NCBI GenBank assembly: GCA_905235565.1
Contig: CAJOLR010000007.1
Location: 22,264-86,263 of the forward strand
Reading direction: 5' to 3'
DNA: 64,000 nucleotides
Origin: an uncultured Bacteroidaceae bacterium
GTDB lineage: Bacteria; Bacteroidota; Bacteroidia; Bacteroidales; Bacteroidaceae
This document shows, piece after piece, positions 1 to 10,108 of the stretch. A program made the position numbers and the translations under genes. The notes under the pieces are model-generated. The model had not been told where the DNA came from and did not search any database. It was given only the letters and a program-made list of their open reading frames with translations. Position 1 is the first letter of the stretch. Each line of letters starts with the position of its first letter.

Positions 1-369
1 CCCACGACAGTGGTGCCCGATCCGAATATTTTCTCGATGGAATCCTTGAAAAACAGGCCTACGATACCCACCGGTATCATGGAGATGATGATATTGACAG
101 CATATCGTGTTCCCTCATTCAGGCCACTGTAGCTCTTCCAGGACTGGCGGCTGAATAGGTCACGGAAAATCCATACTATCTCTTTCCACAGTATGACAAG
201 TGTACTCAGAACTGTAGCAACGTGCACCAGTATGGTAAAAGCCAGATTCTGCTCTCCGTCTATGCCGAAAAGAGAAGAAGCTATCGCCAAGTGTCCGCTG
301 CTGCTGATGGGAAGATACTCAGTAAGACCTTGCAGCAATCCCAGCAAAAGTGATTCAAGCCAACTCATT
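1..369 (-). CDS. uppP: undecaprenyl-diphosphate phosphatase (N-terminal part; gene runs off the window edge)
   Basis: My own reverse-strand translation from the ATG at 369 gives [35 protein letters not shown]..., the conserved BacA/UppP N-terminal motif. It has a 5-nt overlap with the upstream ORF. It is absent from the ORF track because it is truncated. Confidence 0.85.
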
Positions 370-610
370 TGTCATCCTCTTTCTCTTCTGATTTGGGCTT
401 GTAGGCTATCGCAGCTATTACTGTGATGAATCCGATCAGGGTCACTACAGGTGCCACTTTGACCCGACGCACGCTGAAAATATCTGGCTCGAAATAATCG
501 GATGTGCAGTTGGGGCCTGTCATAAGCAGGAGTCCGATGATGATGATTGCCATTCCGATAGCAGTCAGAATGTAATTCTTCTTGGTGAATGCGAAATTTT
601 TCTTGTCCAT
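365..610 (-). CDS. small two-TM membrane protein, DUF3098-like
   Basis: 81-aa ORF with two hydrophobic helices and a charged tail. It sits between ftsX and uppP, a gene order I recall as conserved in Bacteroidota. Confidence 0.65.
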   Translation of the reverse strand: MDKKNFAFTKKNYILTAIGMAIIIIGLLLMTGPNCTSDYFEPDIFSVRRVKVAPVVTLIGFITVIAAIAYKPKSEEKEDDK

Positions 611-627
611 TATTGTTGTTTTTTAGT

Positions 628-1500
628 TCAAACGTAATGAAGTTCTCCTGATTTCATCCTCAGGAACCGGTTGACGGAATGCAGGGCGCACAGTCCGGTG
701 ATGAGAAGGCCTATCAGGGTTACCACAACGAACACCGGGATGATTATCTTGGGTTCGGCCAGCATTATCAGCCAGGGTTCATATCTTAGGCCTATCTTGA
801 GCCCGTACCAGATCATGATACAGGTGAGTATCGCCGAAGCCAGGCCAACCCATAGGTTCCTTACTATGAACGGCTTACGGATGAATGACCATTTGGCTCC
901 AACCAGTTTCATTGAATATAATATGAACCTCTGGGCATAAATGGTCAGTTTTATAGTGTTGTTTATCAGGGTGAAAGATACCAGCGACAGGATGAGAGCC
1001 AGGATCAGCAGCATTACGGCTACCTTGCGTATATTGCTGTTAATTATGTCCAGCAGGTCTTTCTGCCAGGTTACCTCACGTACACCCTCCATGGACGATA
1101 TCCTCCTTTCTATCATCTTGAGACTGTCGTTGCATGCATAATCGGCCTCAAGGCGTATGTTCAGAGATGCGTAGAAGGGGTTGTACTCCAGGAACTGTGT
1201 GGGATCGGTACCCATGGCCTTGGTCATGTCCTTTAGGGCATCATCCTTGGAAATGTATGAGCAGACGGCGCTGAACGGTGCCGCCTCGATGCTGCGCCTG
1301 AGCGATGAGAACTGCTCATCGGTTATGGTTTCCTTAAGAATGACCTCCACAGTCATTTCCTGCTTGAGATGGCGTGACAGGTCATTTGCCGTAAGAAGGA
1401 GCAGGGCCACTATACCTATCAGCAGCAACACGAGCGAGGTGCTGATGCACGCTGTGATGAACAGCAAGTCAATCTTTCTCTTTTTCTTTTGTTTAGCCAT
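628..1500 (-). CDS. ftsX: cell-division ABC permease-like protein FtsX
   Basis: The layout is a basic N-terminus, one TM, a large periplasmic loop and three C-terminal TMs, typical of FtsX. I placed the start at MAKQKKKRK (1500), which overlaps the upstream gene by 8 nt. The ORF-track start at 1533 is also possible. Confidence 0.8.
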   Translation of the reverse strand: MAKQKKKRKIDLLFITACISTSLVLLLIGIVALLLLTANDLSRHLKQEMTVEVILKETITDEQFSSLRRSIEAAPFSAVCSYISKDDALKDMTKAMGTDPTQFLEYNPFYASLNIRLEADYACNDSLKMIERRISSMEGVREVTWQKDLLDIINSNIRKVAVMLLILALILSLVSFTLINNTIKLTIYAQRFILYSMKLVGAKWSFIRKPFIVRNLWVGLASAILTCIMIWYGLKIGLRYEPWLIMLAEPKIIIPVFVVVTLIGLLITGLCALHSVNRFLRMKSGELHYV

Positions 1501-2410
1501 TATTGTCTGTTTCTTGTCTTTTCCTGAATACATAGACCAGCGAACTGCTCTTGCTGCGTCTGGTCAGGGACACAAGCCATGAGCGGAACCCGTACAGCAT
1601 TCCCCGTATGAACGACAGACGGTGTCTCAAGTTCCTTTCAGAAAGGATAGAGATATAGAAACTGTCAAAGGGAAGCCTCTCGTGGTGCATAAGGATGAAT
1701 CCATGCCTTAGTGCCAGTTTGCTCAGCGATATTGGGTCAAAATGCCATAAGTGGCGTGGAACATCGTATGCAGCCCAATACGGACCATAGTGCATGGCAT
1801 CGGTCGAGCGCACGTTGGGACAGGCCATAACAAGGATACCTCCAGGTCTGAGCAACTCATAGAACCTGTCCAGAAGGGCATCTGGGTTATGGGCATGTTC
1901 AAATACATGCCATAAGGTTATCACGTCAAACGTTCCTGCATGAAGTGAACTCATTTCAGAGACGTCTATCATTCGGTGATGGAACATTTCCAGCGAAAAC
2001 ATCCTTTCTTCATGATATCTTTCCACCGATGTCACCTTCCATCCGCGCCTTTCCATCATGTGAGAGAAGAATCCCGTCTTGGCTCCGTAATTCAGGAGCG
2101 ATCCACCCGTACGGTATGCCTGTTTCCCGATAATCCTTGCCTTCTTTCGGAGCATATGGCTCCTTACCCTGTAGTAGAGCCTGCCGGTCAGGCCGGACGG
2201 GGAGTCTCCCAGCTTGAGCTTGAGATTCAGTTTGTCATACCGTTTCATCTCCTCCTCCGAGGGTGGATCCAGGGTATAGACCATTCCGCACTTCGGGCAA
2301 CGCATAAGAGTGTAAGACTCTTTGCTTACCACATAATCGGTACAGTTGGCGTAAGGAATCTGTCCCGACGCCCCGCATATCGGACAAGGTCTGAAATCCT
2401 GATAGTTCAT
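1493..2410 (-). CDS. class I SAM-dependent methyltransferase with N-terminal Cys4 zinc ribbon
   Basis: CPICG...CPKCG zinc ribbon followed by methyltransferase-like motifs (LLNYGAKTGFF, DVITLWHVFEH, LRPGGILVM). I chose the start at MNYQDF (2410) because a TATCTTTG -7 box lies at 2465-2472 on this strand. Confidence 0.75.
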   Translation of the reverse strand: MNYQDFRPCPICGASGQIPYANCTDYVVSKESYTLMRCPKCGMVYTLDPPSEEEMKRYDKLNLKLKLGDSPSGLTGRLYYRVRSHMLRKKARIIGKQAYRTGGSLLNYGAKTGFFSHMMERRGWKVTSVERYHEERMFSLEMFHHRMIDVSEMSSLHAGTFDVITLWHVFEHAHNPDALLDRFYELLRPGGILVMACPNVRSTDAMHYGPYWAAYDVPRHLWHFDPISLSKLALRHGFILMHHERLPFDSFYISILSERNLRHRLSFIRGMLYGFRSWLVSLTRRSKSSSLVYVFRKRQETDNNG

Positions 2411-2464
2411 TTGACGGTTTTCTACGCAAGCGTGCATACGCACGCGTAAGCGCAAGATTGTCCG

Positions 2465-2472
2465 CAAAGATA
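2465..2472 (-). promoter_or_regulatory. Bacteroidetes-type -7 box (TATCTTTG)
   Basis: Exact TAnnTTTG match on the minus strand, 55 nt upstream of the methyltransferase start. Confidence 0.45.
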
Positions 2473-2550
2473 ATAACCGGCTATACCCCTTGTCAAGTAT
2501 TTTAAGTTTTTTTTACGGAATAGCGCGTTAGGGACAGTCTCCCTTCTGCG

Positions 2551-3879
2551 TCATTTTTCTGTACCAAAGAGTGTGGCCGATGTGGCGTCAGTGATGTAGA
2601 CTGTAAGAAAATCTCCTGGTCTGTTGGTGCCTTTGTCAAACACCACGGTGCGGTTCTGCTCTGTGCGCCCGTAAAGTTGCTGGCGGGAGCGTTTCGAGTA
2701 TCCTTCGGCCAACACTTCATACTCGTGGCCGATGCACTCGCGGTTGCGCTCCAGTGATAGCTGGTTCTGCAGTTCTATCATCTCGTTCAGGCGGCGTATC
2801 TTGACCTCTTCCGGAACATTGTCGGGCAGATGCTTGCTGGCGTATGTTCCGGGACGCTCCGAGTAGCGGAACATGAACGATGCGTCAAAACGGCACTGAC
2901 GCATCAGTGAAAGGCTCTCCTGATGATCCTCCTCAGTCTCTGAGTGATAGCCGGTGAACATATCGGTGGTAAGCCCGCAGTCGGGGATGATGCGCCTGAT
3001 TGCTTCAACCCGCTCCAGATACCACTCACGGGTATATTTGCGGTTCATCAGTTTGAGTATGCGGGTACTGCCGCTCTGTACCGGAAGGTGTATGTGCCGG
3101 CAGATGTTGGGTACCTCTGCTATAACATGAAGGGTGTCGTCGCTCATATCCTTGGGATGCGATGTTGTGAATCTTACCCGCATATCGGGAACAGCCTCTG
3201 CAACCATCCTGAGCAGTTGCGGGAATCCCACGGTAGTCTGACCGTCTTCAAAGTTGTAAGAGTTTACGTTCTGCCCCAGCAGAGTCACCTCTTTGTAACC
3301 TTTTTTCTTAAGGTCAAGAACTTCATTGAGGATACTCTGTGGGTCGCGGCTCCGCTCTCTGCCACGGGTATAAGGTACAATGCAGTAGTGGCAGAAATTG
3401 TTGCAGCCACGCATTATCGATACGAATCCGCTTATGTGGTTGCCGCAGATACGCTCCGGGATTATGTCGCGATAAGTCTCTGTTGTGGAGAGCTCCACAT
3501 CCATCGCCTTGTGTCCTGATTCTACCTGAGCCATAAGGTCCGGCAGCGAGAGATAGGAGTCCGGGCCGCATACAACATCTACGTGATGATTCCGCACCAG
3601 GTCCTCTTTTATACGTTCCGCCATACAGCCCATAACACCGATGAAAAGGCTCTTTTTCTTTTTTCTCATGGCGTTCAGGGCTTCCAGACGGTTCCAGATT
3701 TTCTGCTCGGCGTTTTCGCGTATGGAGCAGGTGTTCAGGAATATGGCATCGGCATCGTCTATGCTGTCGGTGGGCTCATAGCCGGCCATACGCATGACTG
3801 AAGCTATGACTTCACTGTCGGCCACGTTCATCTGGCAGCCGTATGTCTCAATAAATAGTTTCTTGTTGCTGTCTTCCAT
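2551..3879 (-). CDS. miaB: tRNA-2-methylthio-N6-dimethylallyladenosine synthase
   Basis: MTTase N-domain (ETYGCQMN), radical-SAM CNNFCHYC motif, TRAM-like C-terminus, 442 aa. Confidence 0.93.
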   Translation of the reverse strand: MEDSNKKLFIETYGCQMNVADSEVIASVMRMAGYEPTDSIDDADAIFLNTCSIRENAEQKIWNRLEALNAMRKKKKSLFIGVMGCMAERIKEDLVRNHHVDVVCGPDSYLSLPDLMAQVESGHKAMDVELSTTETYRDIIPERICGNHISGFVSIMRGCNNFCHYCIVPYTRGRERSRDPQSILNEVLDLKKKGYKEVTLLGQNVNSYNFEDGQTTVGFPQLLRMVAEAVPDMRVRFTTSHPKDMSDDTLHVIAEVPNICRHIHLPVQSGSTRILKLMNRKYTREWYLERVEAIRRIIPDCGLTTDMFTGYHSETEEDHQESLSLMRQCRFDASFMFRYSERPGTYASKHLPDNVPEEVKIRRLNEMIELQNQLSLERNRECIGHEYEVLAEGYSKRSRQQLYGRTEQNRTVVFDKGTNRPGDFLTVYITDATSATLFGTEK

Positions 3880-3934
3880 ATTCCTCTATGAATAATCGGG
3901 TGCGAATTTAGTTGTTTTTATTTAAGGTATTGTT

Positions 3935-3942
3935 TACTTTTG
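3935..3942 (+). promoter_or_regulatory. -7 box (TACTTTTG)
   Basis: TAnnTTTG match 47 nt upstream of the ATG at 3989. Confidence 0.45.
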
Positions 3943-3988
3943 CGCGGTTTTAAGCCAAAGAAATCAAACAAGTATAAAACATATAGCT

Positions 3989-5470
3989 ATGGCTTTCAAA
4001 AAAATGACTGCTGCCGAGGCAGCACGTTTCGTCAAGAACGGTGATAACGTAGGACTGAGCGGTTTCACCCCCGCAGGTACCCCCAAGGCCGTAACACATG
4101 AGATCGGTTTAATGGCCCATGAGCTTCATGAGCAGGGTAAGGAGTTTCAGATTAGCATATTCACCGGTGCATCCACCGGTGATTCATGTGACGGCATTCT
4201 GTCACGTGAGCATGCTATCCGCTATCGCGCTCCCTACACCACCAACAAGGATTTCCGTACCGCTGTAAACAACGGTGAAATTGCCTACAACGATATCAAT
4301 CTTAGTCAGATGGCGCAGGAGATGCGTTACGGGTTCTATGGCAAGCTCAACATCGGCATCATGGAGGCTTTCGATGTAACTGAAGACGGTAAGATATGGG
4401 TAACCGCCGGTGTCGGTATCGCTCCCACCGTAGCCCGTCTGGCCGATAAGCTCATCATTGAGCTCAACGCAGCCCACGCCCGTTGCGCCAAGGGTCTGCA
4501 CGATATTTATGAGCCTGCCGATCCCCCTTACCGCCGCGAGATTCCGGTCTATCAGCCCAGTGACCATATCGGAAAGGATTACATACAGGTAGATCCCGCC
4601 AAGATTATCGGCATAGTCGAGGTTAACATCCCCGATGAGGCCCGTGGATTCACCGCACCCGACGAGACAACACTCCAGATTGGTCACAACGTAGCCCAGT
4701 TCCTTATCTCTGACCTTAAGCGCGGCATTATTCCTTCAACATTCCTGCCTCTGCAGAGTGGTGTGGGTAATGTTGCAAACGCCGTTCTGGGTGCTCTGGG
4801 CGAGGATCCTTCGGTTCCCGCATTCCAGATGTACACCGAGGTTATCCAGGATTCAGTGATCAACCTGATGCGTGAGGGTCACTGCAAGTTCGGCTCCAGT
4901 TCATCATTGAGCGTCAGCAACGAGACCCTTCAGAGCATATATGATGATATGGACTTCTTCAAGGACAAACTGGTGCTCCGTCCCACCGAGATCTCAAACA
5001 GCCCTGAGGTTGCACGCCGTCTCGGCCTTATCGCCATGAACACAGCACTTGAGGCCGATATCTACGGAAACGTAAACTCAACCCACGTCAGTGGTGTCAA
5101 GATGATGAACGGCGTAGGCGGATCGGCCGATTTTACCCGCAACGCATTCATCTCCATATTCAGCTGCCCGTCGGTAGCCAAGGGAGGCAAGATAAGCGCC
5201 ATCGTCCCCATGTGTTCACACGTGGACCACAACGAGCACAGCGTCAAAGTACTCATTACCGAGCAGGGTATTGCCGACCTTCGCGGCAAATCACCAGCCG
5301 AGCGCGCCAAGTGCATCATCGAAAACTGCGTGCACCCGGATTACAAGCAGCTCATGTGGGATTACCTCAAGATAGCACAGAAAGGTCAGACCAGCCATGC
5401 CCTTGACAAAGCCTTTGCGCTGCACAAGGCTCTGGCCGAGAAGGGCGACATGCACCTGGCCGAGTTCTGA
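3989..5470 (+). CDS. acetyl-CoA hydrolase/transferase family protein (succinate/propionate CoA-transferase type)
   Basis: 493 aa. The N-terminus (AAEAARFVKNGDNVGLSGFTPAGTPKAV) and the overall sequence resemble Cat1/ScpC/AarC-type CoA-transferases. Confidence 0.85.
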   Translation: MAFKKMTAAEAARFVKNGDNVGLSGFTPAGTPKAVTHEIGLMAHELHEQGKEFQISIFTGASTGDSCDGILSREHAIRYRAPYTTNKDFRTAVNNGEIAYNDINLSQMAQEMRYGFYGKLNIGIMEAFDVTEDGKIWVTAGVGIAPTVARLADKLIIELNAAHARCAKGLHDIYEPADPPYRREIPVYQPSDHIGKDYIQVDPAKIIGIVEVNIPDEARGFTAPDETTLQIGHNVAQFLISDLKRGIIPSTFLPLQSGVGNVANAVLGALGEDPSVPAFQMYTEVIQDSVINLMREGHCKFGSSSSLSVSNETLQSIYDDMDFFKDKLVLRPTEISNSPEVARRLGLIAMNTALEADIYGNVNSTHVSGVKMMNGVGGSADFTRNAFISIFSCPSVAKGGKISAIVPMCSHVDHNEHSVKVLITEQGIADLRGKSPAERAKCIIENCVHPDYKQLMWDYLKIAQKGQTSHALDKAFALHKALAEKGDMHLAEF

Positions 5471-5498
5471 AAACAGTACAAAAGAGGACAGTTCCTTT

Positions 5499-5544
5499 GA
5501 TATGAACCCCGAAAGTTGGACAAAAAACTTTCGGGGTTCATATC
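5499..5544 (+). terminator. strong hairpin terminator
   Basis: Perfect 19-bp stem, GATATGAACCCCGAAAGTT / AACTTTCGGGGTTCATATC, with an 8-nt loop and a T-rich tail, 29 nt after the stop. Confidence 0.8.
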
Positions 5545-5665
5545 ACTTTTGTGCTGTTTTGCCCTTACCTGCATAAAACGGGGGCACAGCGGGTATAATA
5601 ATTAATGTACGTGCGCGAGAGATGTTAAAGTGTGTTAATGTCGCAACAGGTAAAGAAATGCACCC

Positions 5666-5673
5666 TATATTTG
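5666..5673 (+). promoter_or_regulatory. -7 box (TATATTTG)
   Basis: TAnnTTTG match 56 nt upstream of the ATG at 5729. Confidence 0.45.
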
Positions 5674-5728
5674 CAGTGTCTTAGTGATGTAATACACCAA
5701 TAAACAACGCAAAACAAACCATACAACT

Positions 5729-6556
5729 ATGATTAAAATCAAGAAACTGGGATTCAGCTATGGCGACAACGTCGTACTGAAAGACATCTCGATGGAACTC
5801 CAGGAGGGCCGCATCTACGGACTCCTGGGAGAGAACGGAGTGGGAAAGACCACTCTTCTGACCTTGCTTGCCGGACTTAAGGATGTTTGTGAAGGATCAA
5901 TTGAAGTTGATGGTCAGTCACCATCTGACCGCAAACCTTCATTTCTCTCAAACATCTATTATCTGCCCGATGAGGTTCCGGCCCCGCGTCGAAAGGCAAT
6001 TGATTATGCAAATGACCATGGCCAGTATTGGAGCAAATTCAGTATCGGAAAGTTTTCGGAGATAATGAGAGTGTTTGATACTGATGAGAACCAGCGCATG
6101 GACCATATGTCATACGGACAGCTCAAGAAGGCGTTCATCAGTTTTGCACTGGCCTGCAACACCAAGTACATCTTTATGGATGAGCCGACCAACGGACTTG
6201 ACATACCTTCCAAGGGGCAGTTCCGCAAGGCCGTTTCAAAGTACACATCCGAAGAGTCAACCCTGCTGATTTCAACTCATCAGGCACGTGACCTGGAGGC
6301 CATCATCGATCCCATCATCATTCTGGACCGCAGGGATGTGCTGCTTAACGCATCGCTCGATGAAATAGCCCGGAAACTCTATTTTGACTATACTTCCGAT
6401 GCTGATCCCTCTGCTCTCTATTCAGAGATGATTCCCGGCGGCAGCATCCAGGTTCTTATTAATAAGGAAAGCGTTGAGAGCAAGGTCAACATAGAGGCCC
6501 TGTTCAATGCGGTTCTGCTCCATAAAAGTATGATTAAGGATATGTTCAACAAATAA
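5729..6556 (+). CDS. ABC transporter ATP-binding protein
   Basis: Walker A GENGVGKT, signature-like MSYGQLKK, Walker B IFMDEP. Confidence 0.9.
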   Translation: MIKIKKLGFSYGDNVVLKDISMELQEGRIYGLLGENGVGKTTLLTLLAGLKDVCEGSIEVDGQSPSDRKPSFLSNIYYLPDEVPAPRRKAIDYANDHGQYWSKFSIGKFSEIMRVFDTDENQRMDHMSYGQLKKAFISFALACNTKYIFMDEPTNGLDIPSKGQFRKAVSKYTSEESTLLISTHQARDLEAIIDPIIILDRRDVLLNASLDEIARKLYFDYTSDADPSALYSEMIPGGSIQVLINKESVESKVNIEALFNAVLLHKSMIKDMFNK

Positions 6557-6557
6557 A

Positions 6558-7448
6558 ATGATTACGGCTATGAATAGTGATTTCTTTAATTTGAACCGTT
6601 TTGGTCGTTATCTTGTGACCGATATCAGGAATGCCATTGCCAGATACGGCATCTCACTGCTGGTCATGGCATCTATCAGTATTGCCGGTTACCTGTTGGC
6701 CGGATTCTTCTCAACGTTTCTGGGTCACGGGTGGTACAGTATGAAATTAGTGGGCAGGATTACTCTGTTTGTCATCTCCGGTGTGGTTATACTCATCTCT
6801 TCACCTTCAAAGATATATGGTTTCTTTACGGACAAGAAGGAGGGCTCATCATTCCTGACTCTGCCGGTTTCGACGATGGAAAGGACGGTTTCCATGGTGA
6901 TAGTATGCTGCATTGCAGTTCCGTTAGCCTTTCTGGCCATATACCTGTCATTGGACCAGATTGTCTGCCTGCTGGACCGCTCTTGCGGCGAATCCATAAT
7001 AATGGCAGTTAATGACGGTCAGTACTATCTATCCAATGTAATGGGGAAAATGTATTCTGAAATAGGTAGTGTAATGCCCGATTTCGCTGATATAAAGGCG
7101 TTCTCCAATCCCTGGTTGTATTATGATGATATGGCAGGTACTCTCCTTATCTTCCTGCTGGGCGCCTTGTGGTTCAAATCATCCAAGCCGGCCAAGACAA
7201 TAGGATTCATGATACTGTTCAGCATTGTGCTCAGCCTGTTACTGACTCCGGTTCTTACGCACGGAGTTATTGAAAGGTTCCAGGAAGCGGCAAGCAGAGG
7301 CATGAGCCCCGAGGAACTGATGGATTCATTCCCCCTGATAACATGGATGCTGAAACATGCGGTATTGACTGACACACTTAATGATACATTCGTCAACGTG
7401 TTGCTCTTTGTTCTTATATGGCTGAGGGTTAAGAAGATGGAACATTAA
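6558..7448 (+). CDS. multi-pass membrane protein (putative permease partner of the ABC ATPase)
   Basis: 296 aa with about six hydrophobic segments. Its start is 1 nt after the ATPase stop. I recognised no family motif. Confidence 0.6.
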   Translation: MITAMNSDFFNLNRFGRYLVTDIRNAIARYGISLLVMASISIAGYLLAGFFSTFLGHGWYSMKLVGRITLFVISGVVILISSPSKIYGFFTDKKEGSSFLTLPVSTMERTVSMVIVCCIAVPLAFLAIYLSLDQIVCLLDRSCGESIIMAVNDGQYYLSNVMGKMYSEIGSVMPDFADIKAFSNPWLYYDDMAGTLLIFLLGALWFKSSKPAKTIGFMILFSIVLSLLLTPVLTHGVIERFQEAASRGMSPEELMDSFPLITWMLKHAVLTDTLNDTFVNVLLFVLIWLRVKKMEH

Positions 7449-7460
7449 AAAGGACTTATT

Positions 7461-7799
7461 ATGGAATTCAATCAAAATAAACCGATATATCTCCAGATTG
7501 CCGATGGAATCAGTGAAAAGATCCTGAGCGGCGAACTGAAGGAGGGTGACAGGATACTGTCAGTGCGTGAATTGGGCGGTGAGCTGGGAGTTAACCCCAA
7601 CACAGCCATGCGCAGTTACGAGAAACTTACCAATGACGGAATAATCTTCAATCAGCGTGGCATCGGTTACTTTGTTTGTGAAGGGGCACGTGCCATAGCG
7701 CTTGATAAGATGCGTACAGATTTTCTTGAGAATGAACTGCCGCAGATATTGCGAAAGATGCGCCTGCTGGAACTCAAGGCTGAGGATTACCTAAAATGA
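7461..7799 (+). CDS. GntR-family transcriptional regulator, YtrA-like short form
   Basis: wHTH region [10 protein letters not shown]...[25 protein letters not shown]. It is only 112 aa with a short helical tail. Confidence 0.85.
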   Translation: MEFNQNKPIYLQIADGISEKILSGELKEGDRILSVRELGGELGVNPNTAMRSYEKLTNDGIIFNQRGIGYFVCEGARAIALDKMRTDFLENELPQILRKMRLLELKAEDYLK

Positions 7800-7834
7800 A
7801 GCAAGGGGGAAAGTCCCCTTTGTTTCATTTTTAT

Positions 7835-7842
7835 TACCTTTG
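7835..7842 (+). promoter_or_regulatory. -7 box (TACCTTTG)
   Basis: TAnnTTTG match 38 nt upstream of the ATG at 7880. It is preceded by a small AAGGGG/CCCCTT hairpin at about 7803-7820. Confidence 0.45.
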
Positions 7843-7879
7843 CGGACTGAAACGCAAACTTAGAAACTTAATACACAGT

Positions 7880-9940
7880 ATGAAAGATTACAAGAGGATT
7901 CTGGTTACATCGGCCCTGCCATACGCCAACGGCCCGCTGCATATAGGCCATCTGGCAGGCGCATACGTTCCGGCCGATATTTATGTCCGTTACCAACGTC
8001 TCAAGAAGGTGGACGTGATGTTCATAGGAGGCAGCGATGAGCACGGAGTGCCCATCACCATCCGCGCCCGGAAAGAGGGTGTTACCCCCAAGGAGATCAT
8101 CGACCGTTACCACTATCAGATGAAGGATACCTTCAAGGGTATGGGTATATCCTACGATATCTACGGACGTACCAGTTCCCCCACTCACCATCAGGTTGCA
8201 TCCGATTTCTTCCGCAAGCTGTACGATACCGGCAAGTTCATACAGAAAACCAGCGAGCAGTATTACGATGAGGAGGCCCACATGTTCCTGGCCGACCGAT
8301 ACATCACCGGCGAGTGCCCCCACTGCCACTATGACCATGCATACGGTGACCAGTGCGAGAAGTGCGGCACATCACTCTCTCCCACCGAGCTTATCAACCC
8401 GCTAAGCACCGTGAGCGGCAGCAAGCCCGTGATGAAGGAGACCACACACTGGTATCTGCCATTGGAGCAGTATCAGGAGTGGCTTGAAAAGTGGATCCTG
8501 CAGGAGCACAAGGAGTGGCGTCCCAATGTCTATGGTCAGTGCAAGAGCTGGCTTGACATGGGCTTGCAGCCCCGTGCCGTGAGCCGTGACCTGGACTGGG
8601 GAATCCCCGTTCCGGTGGAGGGAGCCGAGGGTAAGGTGCTCTATGTATGGTTCGATGCCCCCATCGGTTACATCAGCAACACCAAGGAGTTCTGCGACCA
8701 GCATCCCGAGCGCGGCAGCTGGGAAACCTGGTGGAAGGATCCCGACACACGCCTTATCCACTTTATAGGTAAGGACAACATCGTGTTCCACTGCATAGTG
8801 TTCCCGTCCATGCTTAAGGCCGAGGGCACATTCATACTGCCCGACAACGTGCCCAGCAACGAGTTCCTGAATCTGGAGGACGACAAGATATCCACATCAC
8901 GCAACTGGGCCGTATGGGTACACGAGTATCTGGAGGATTTCCCCGGCAAGGCCGACGTGATGCGTTACGTGCTTACCGCCAATGCCCCCGAGACCAAGGA
9001 CAACAACTTTACATGGAAGGATTTCCAGGCCCGCAACAACAATGAACTGGTAGCCATCTACGGAAACTTTGTTAACCGCGCACTGGTATTGACACAGAAG
9101 TACTTTGACGGTGTGGTTCCTTCCTGCGGAGAACTGACTGACTACGACCGCAACACCCTTAAGGAGTTTGCCGACGTAAAGCAGCAGCTGGAGTCCCTGC
9201 TGGACAACTTCAAGTTCCGCGAGGCCCAGAAGGAGGCCATGAATCTGGCACGTATAGGTAACAAGTACCTGGCCGATACCGAGCCCTGGAAGCTGGCCAA
9301 GACCGATATGAAGCGTGTGGAGACCATACTTAACATATCACTCCAGCTGGTGGCCAATCTGGCTATAGCATTCGAGCCGTTCCTGCCGTTCTCAAGTGAT
9401 AAGCTGCGCGGCATGATTGGTCTGGAGGGTGCACAGTGGGACCGCTTAGGTGCCATTGACCTGCTGCCCTCCGGACATAAGCTGGGTAAGGCAGAGCTGC
9501 TGTTCGAGAAGATTGAGGACGATGCCATAGAGGCCCAGATACAGAAACTGCTCAAGCGCAAGGAGGAGAATGAGAAGGCTGCCGCTGCCGCTCAGCCCGC
9601 CAAGCCCATAAAGGAGAACATCCAGTTCCCGGAGTTTGAGAAACTGGATATCCGCGTGGGTACTGTGCTTGAGTGCACCAAGGTTCCCAAGTCAGACAAG
9701 CTGCTCCAGTTCAGGATTGATGACGGTCTGGGCGGCCGCACCATCCTGTCAGGTATAGCACAGCATTACAATCCCGAGGATCTGATAGGCAGGCAGGTAT
9801 GCTTCATAGCCAACCTGGCACCGCGCAAGATTATGGGCCGCGAGAGCCAGGGTATGATACTGAGCGCACTGGATAACGAAGGCACATTGAGCGTAACTAC
9901 CGTTCAGCGCCCTGTAAAGCCAGGCAGCGAGGTTTGTTGA
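7880..9940 (+). CDS. metG: methionine--tRNA ligase
   Basis: HIGH motif (PLHIGH), zinc knuckles CPHC/CEKC, KMSKS variant KISTSR, C-terminal tRNA-binding (EMAP-like) domain. I placed the start at [10 protein letters not shown] because the promoter box lies inside the longer ORF. Confidence 0.93.
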   Translation: MKDYKRILVTSALPYANGPLHIGHLAGAYVPADIYVRYQRLKKVDVMFIGGSDEHGVPITIRARKEGVTPKEIIDRYHYQMKDTFKGMGISYDIYGRTSSPTHHQVASDFFRKLYDTGKFIQKTSEQYYDEEAHMFLADRYITGECPHCHYDHAYGDQCEKCGTSLSPTELINPLSTVSGSKPVMKETTHWYLPLEQYQEWLEKWILQEHKEWRPNVYGQCKSWLDMGLQPRAVSRDLDWGIPVPVEGAEGKVLYVWFDAPIGYISNTKEFCDQHPERGSWETWWKDPDTRLIHFIGKDNIVFHCIVFPSMLKAEGTFILPDNVPSNEFLNLEDDKISTSRNWAVWVHEYLEDFPGKADVMRYVLTANAPETKDNNFTWKDFQARNNNELVAIYGNFVNRALVLTQKYFDGVVPSCGELTDYDRNTLKEFADVKQQLESLLDNFKFREAQKEAMNLARIGNKYLADTEPWKLAKTDMKRVETILNISLQLVANLAIAFEPFLPFSSDKLRGMIGLEGAQWDRLGAIDLLPSGHKLGKAELLFEKIEDDAIEAQIQKLLKRKEENEKAAAAAQPAKPIKENIQFPEFEKLDIRVGTVLECTKVPKSDKLLQFRIDDGLGGRTILSGIAQHYNPEDLIGRQVCFIANLAPRKIMGRESQGMILSALDNEGTLSVTTVQRPVKPGSEVC

Positions 9941-9949
9941 TTTTCAGGA

Positions 9950-10078
9950 GATAAATAACCTGACAGTCTCAAAACCCATCGCCGCCCGTGGCGCTGTGAA
10001 CGGGAGGGGCCCGCTCCGAAGGAGTGGGAGGGATAGGCCCTAAGGGCCGTAGGTTTGGAGACTGTCAGGTTATTTATC
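9950..10078. repeat. 129-bp palindromic structured element (21-bp perfect inverted repeats around a GC-rich core)
   Basis: GATAAATAACCTGACAGTCTC at 9950-9970 is the exact reverse complement of 10058-10078. The 87-nt core contains further hairpins: CCCGCTCC-GAA-GGAGTGGG and GGCCC-TAA-GGGCC. Confidence 0.8.
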
Positions 10079-10108
10079 CGGCTCACTTAGCAGAAAGAGA
10101 TACTCTAT

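Noticed and set aside
7796-7879. 28-codon N-terminal extension of metG from the ORF-track start
   Set aside because: The extension contains a small hairpin and a TACCTTTG promoter box and overlaps the GntR stop. The MetRS homology begins at [10 protein letters not shown] (7880).
9904-10086. 60-aa minus-strand ORF across the palindromic element
   Set aside because: It is encoded almost entirely by the inverted-repeat element and overlaps the metG stop. The hairpin structure explains the sequence better than coding does.
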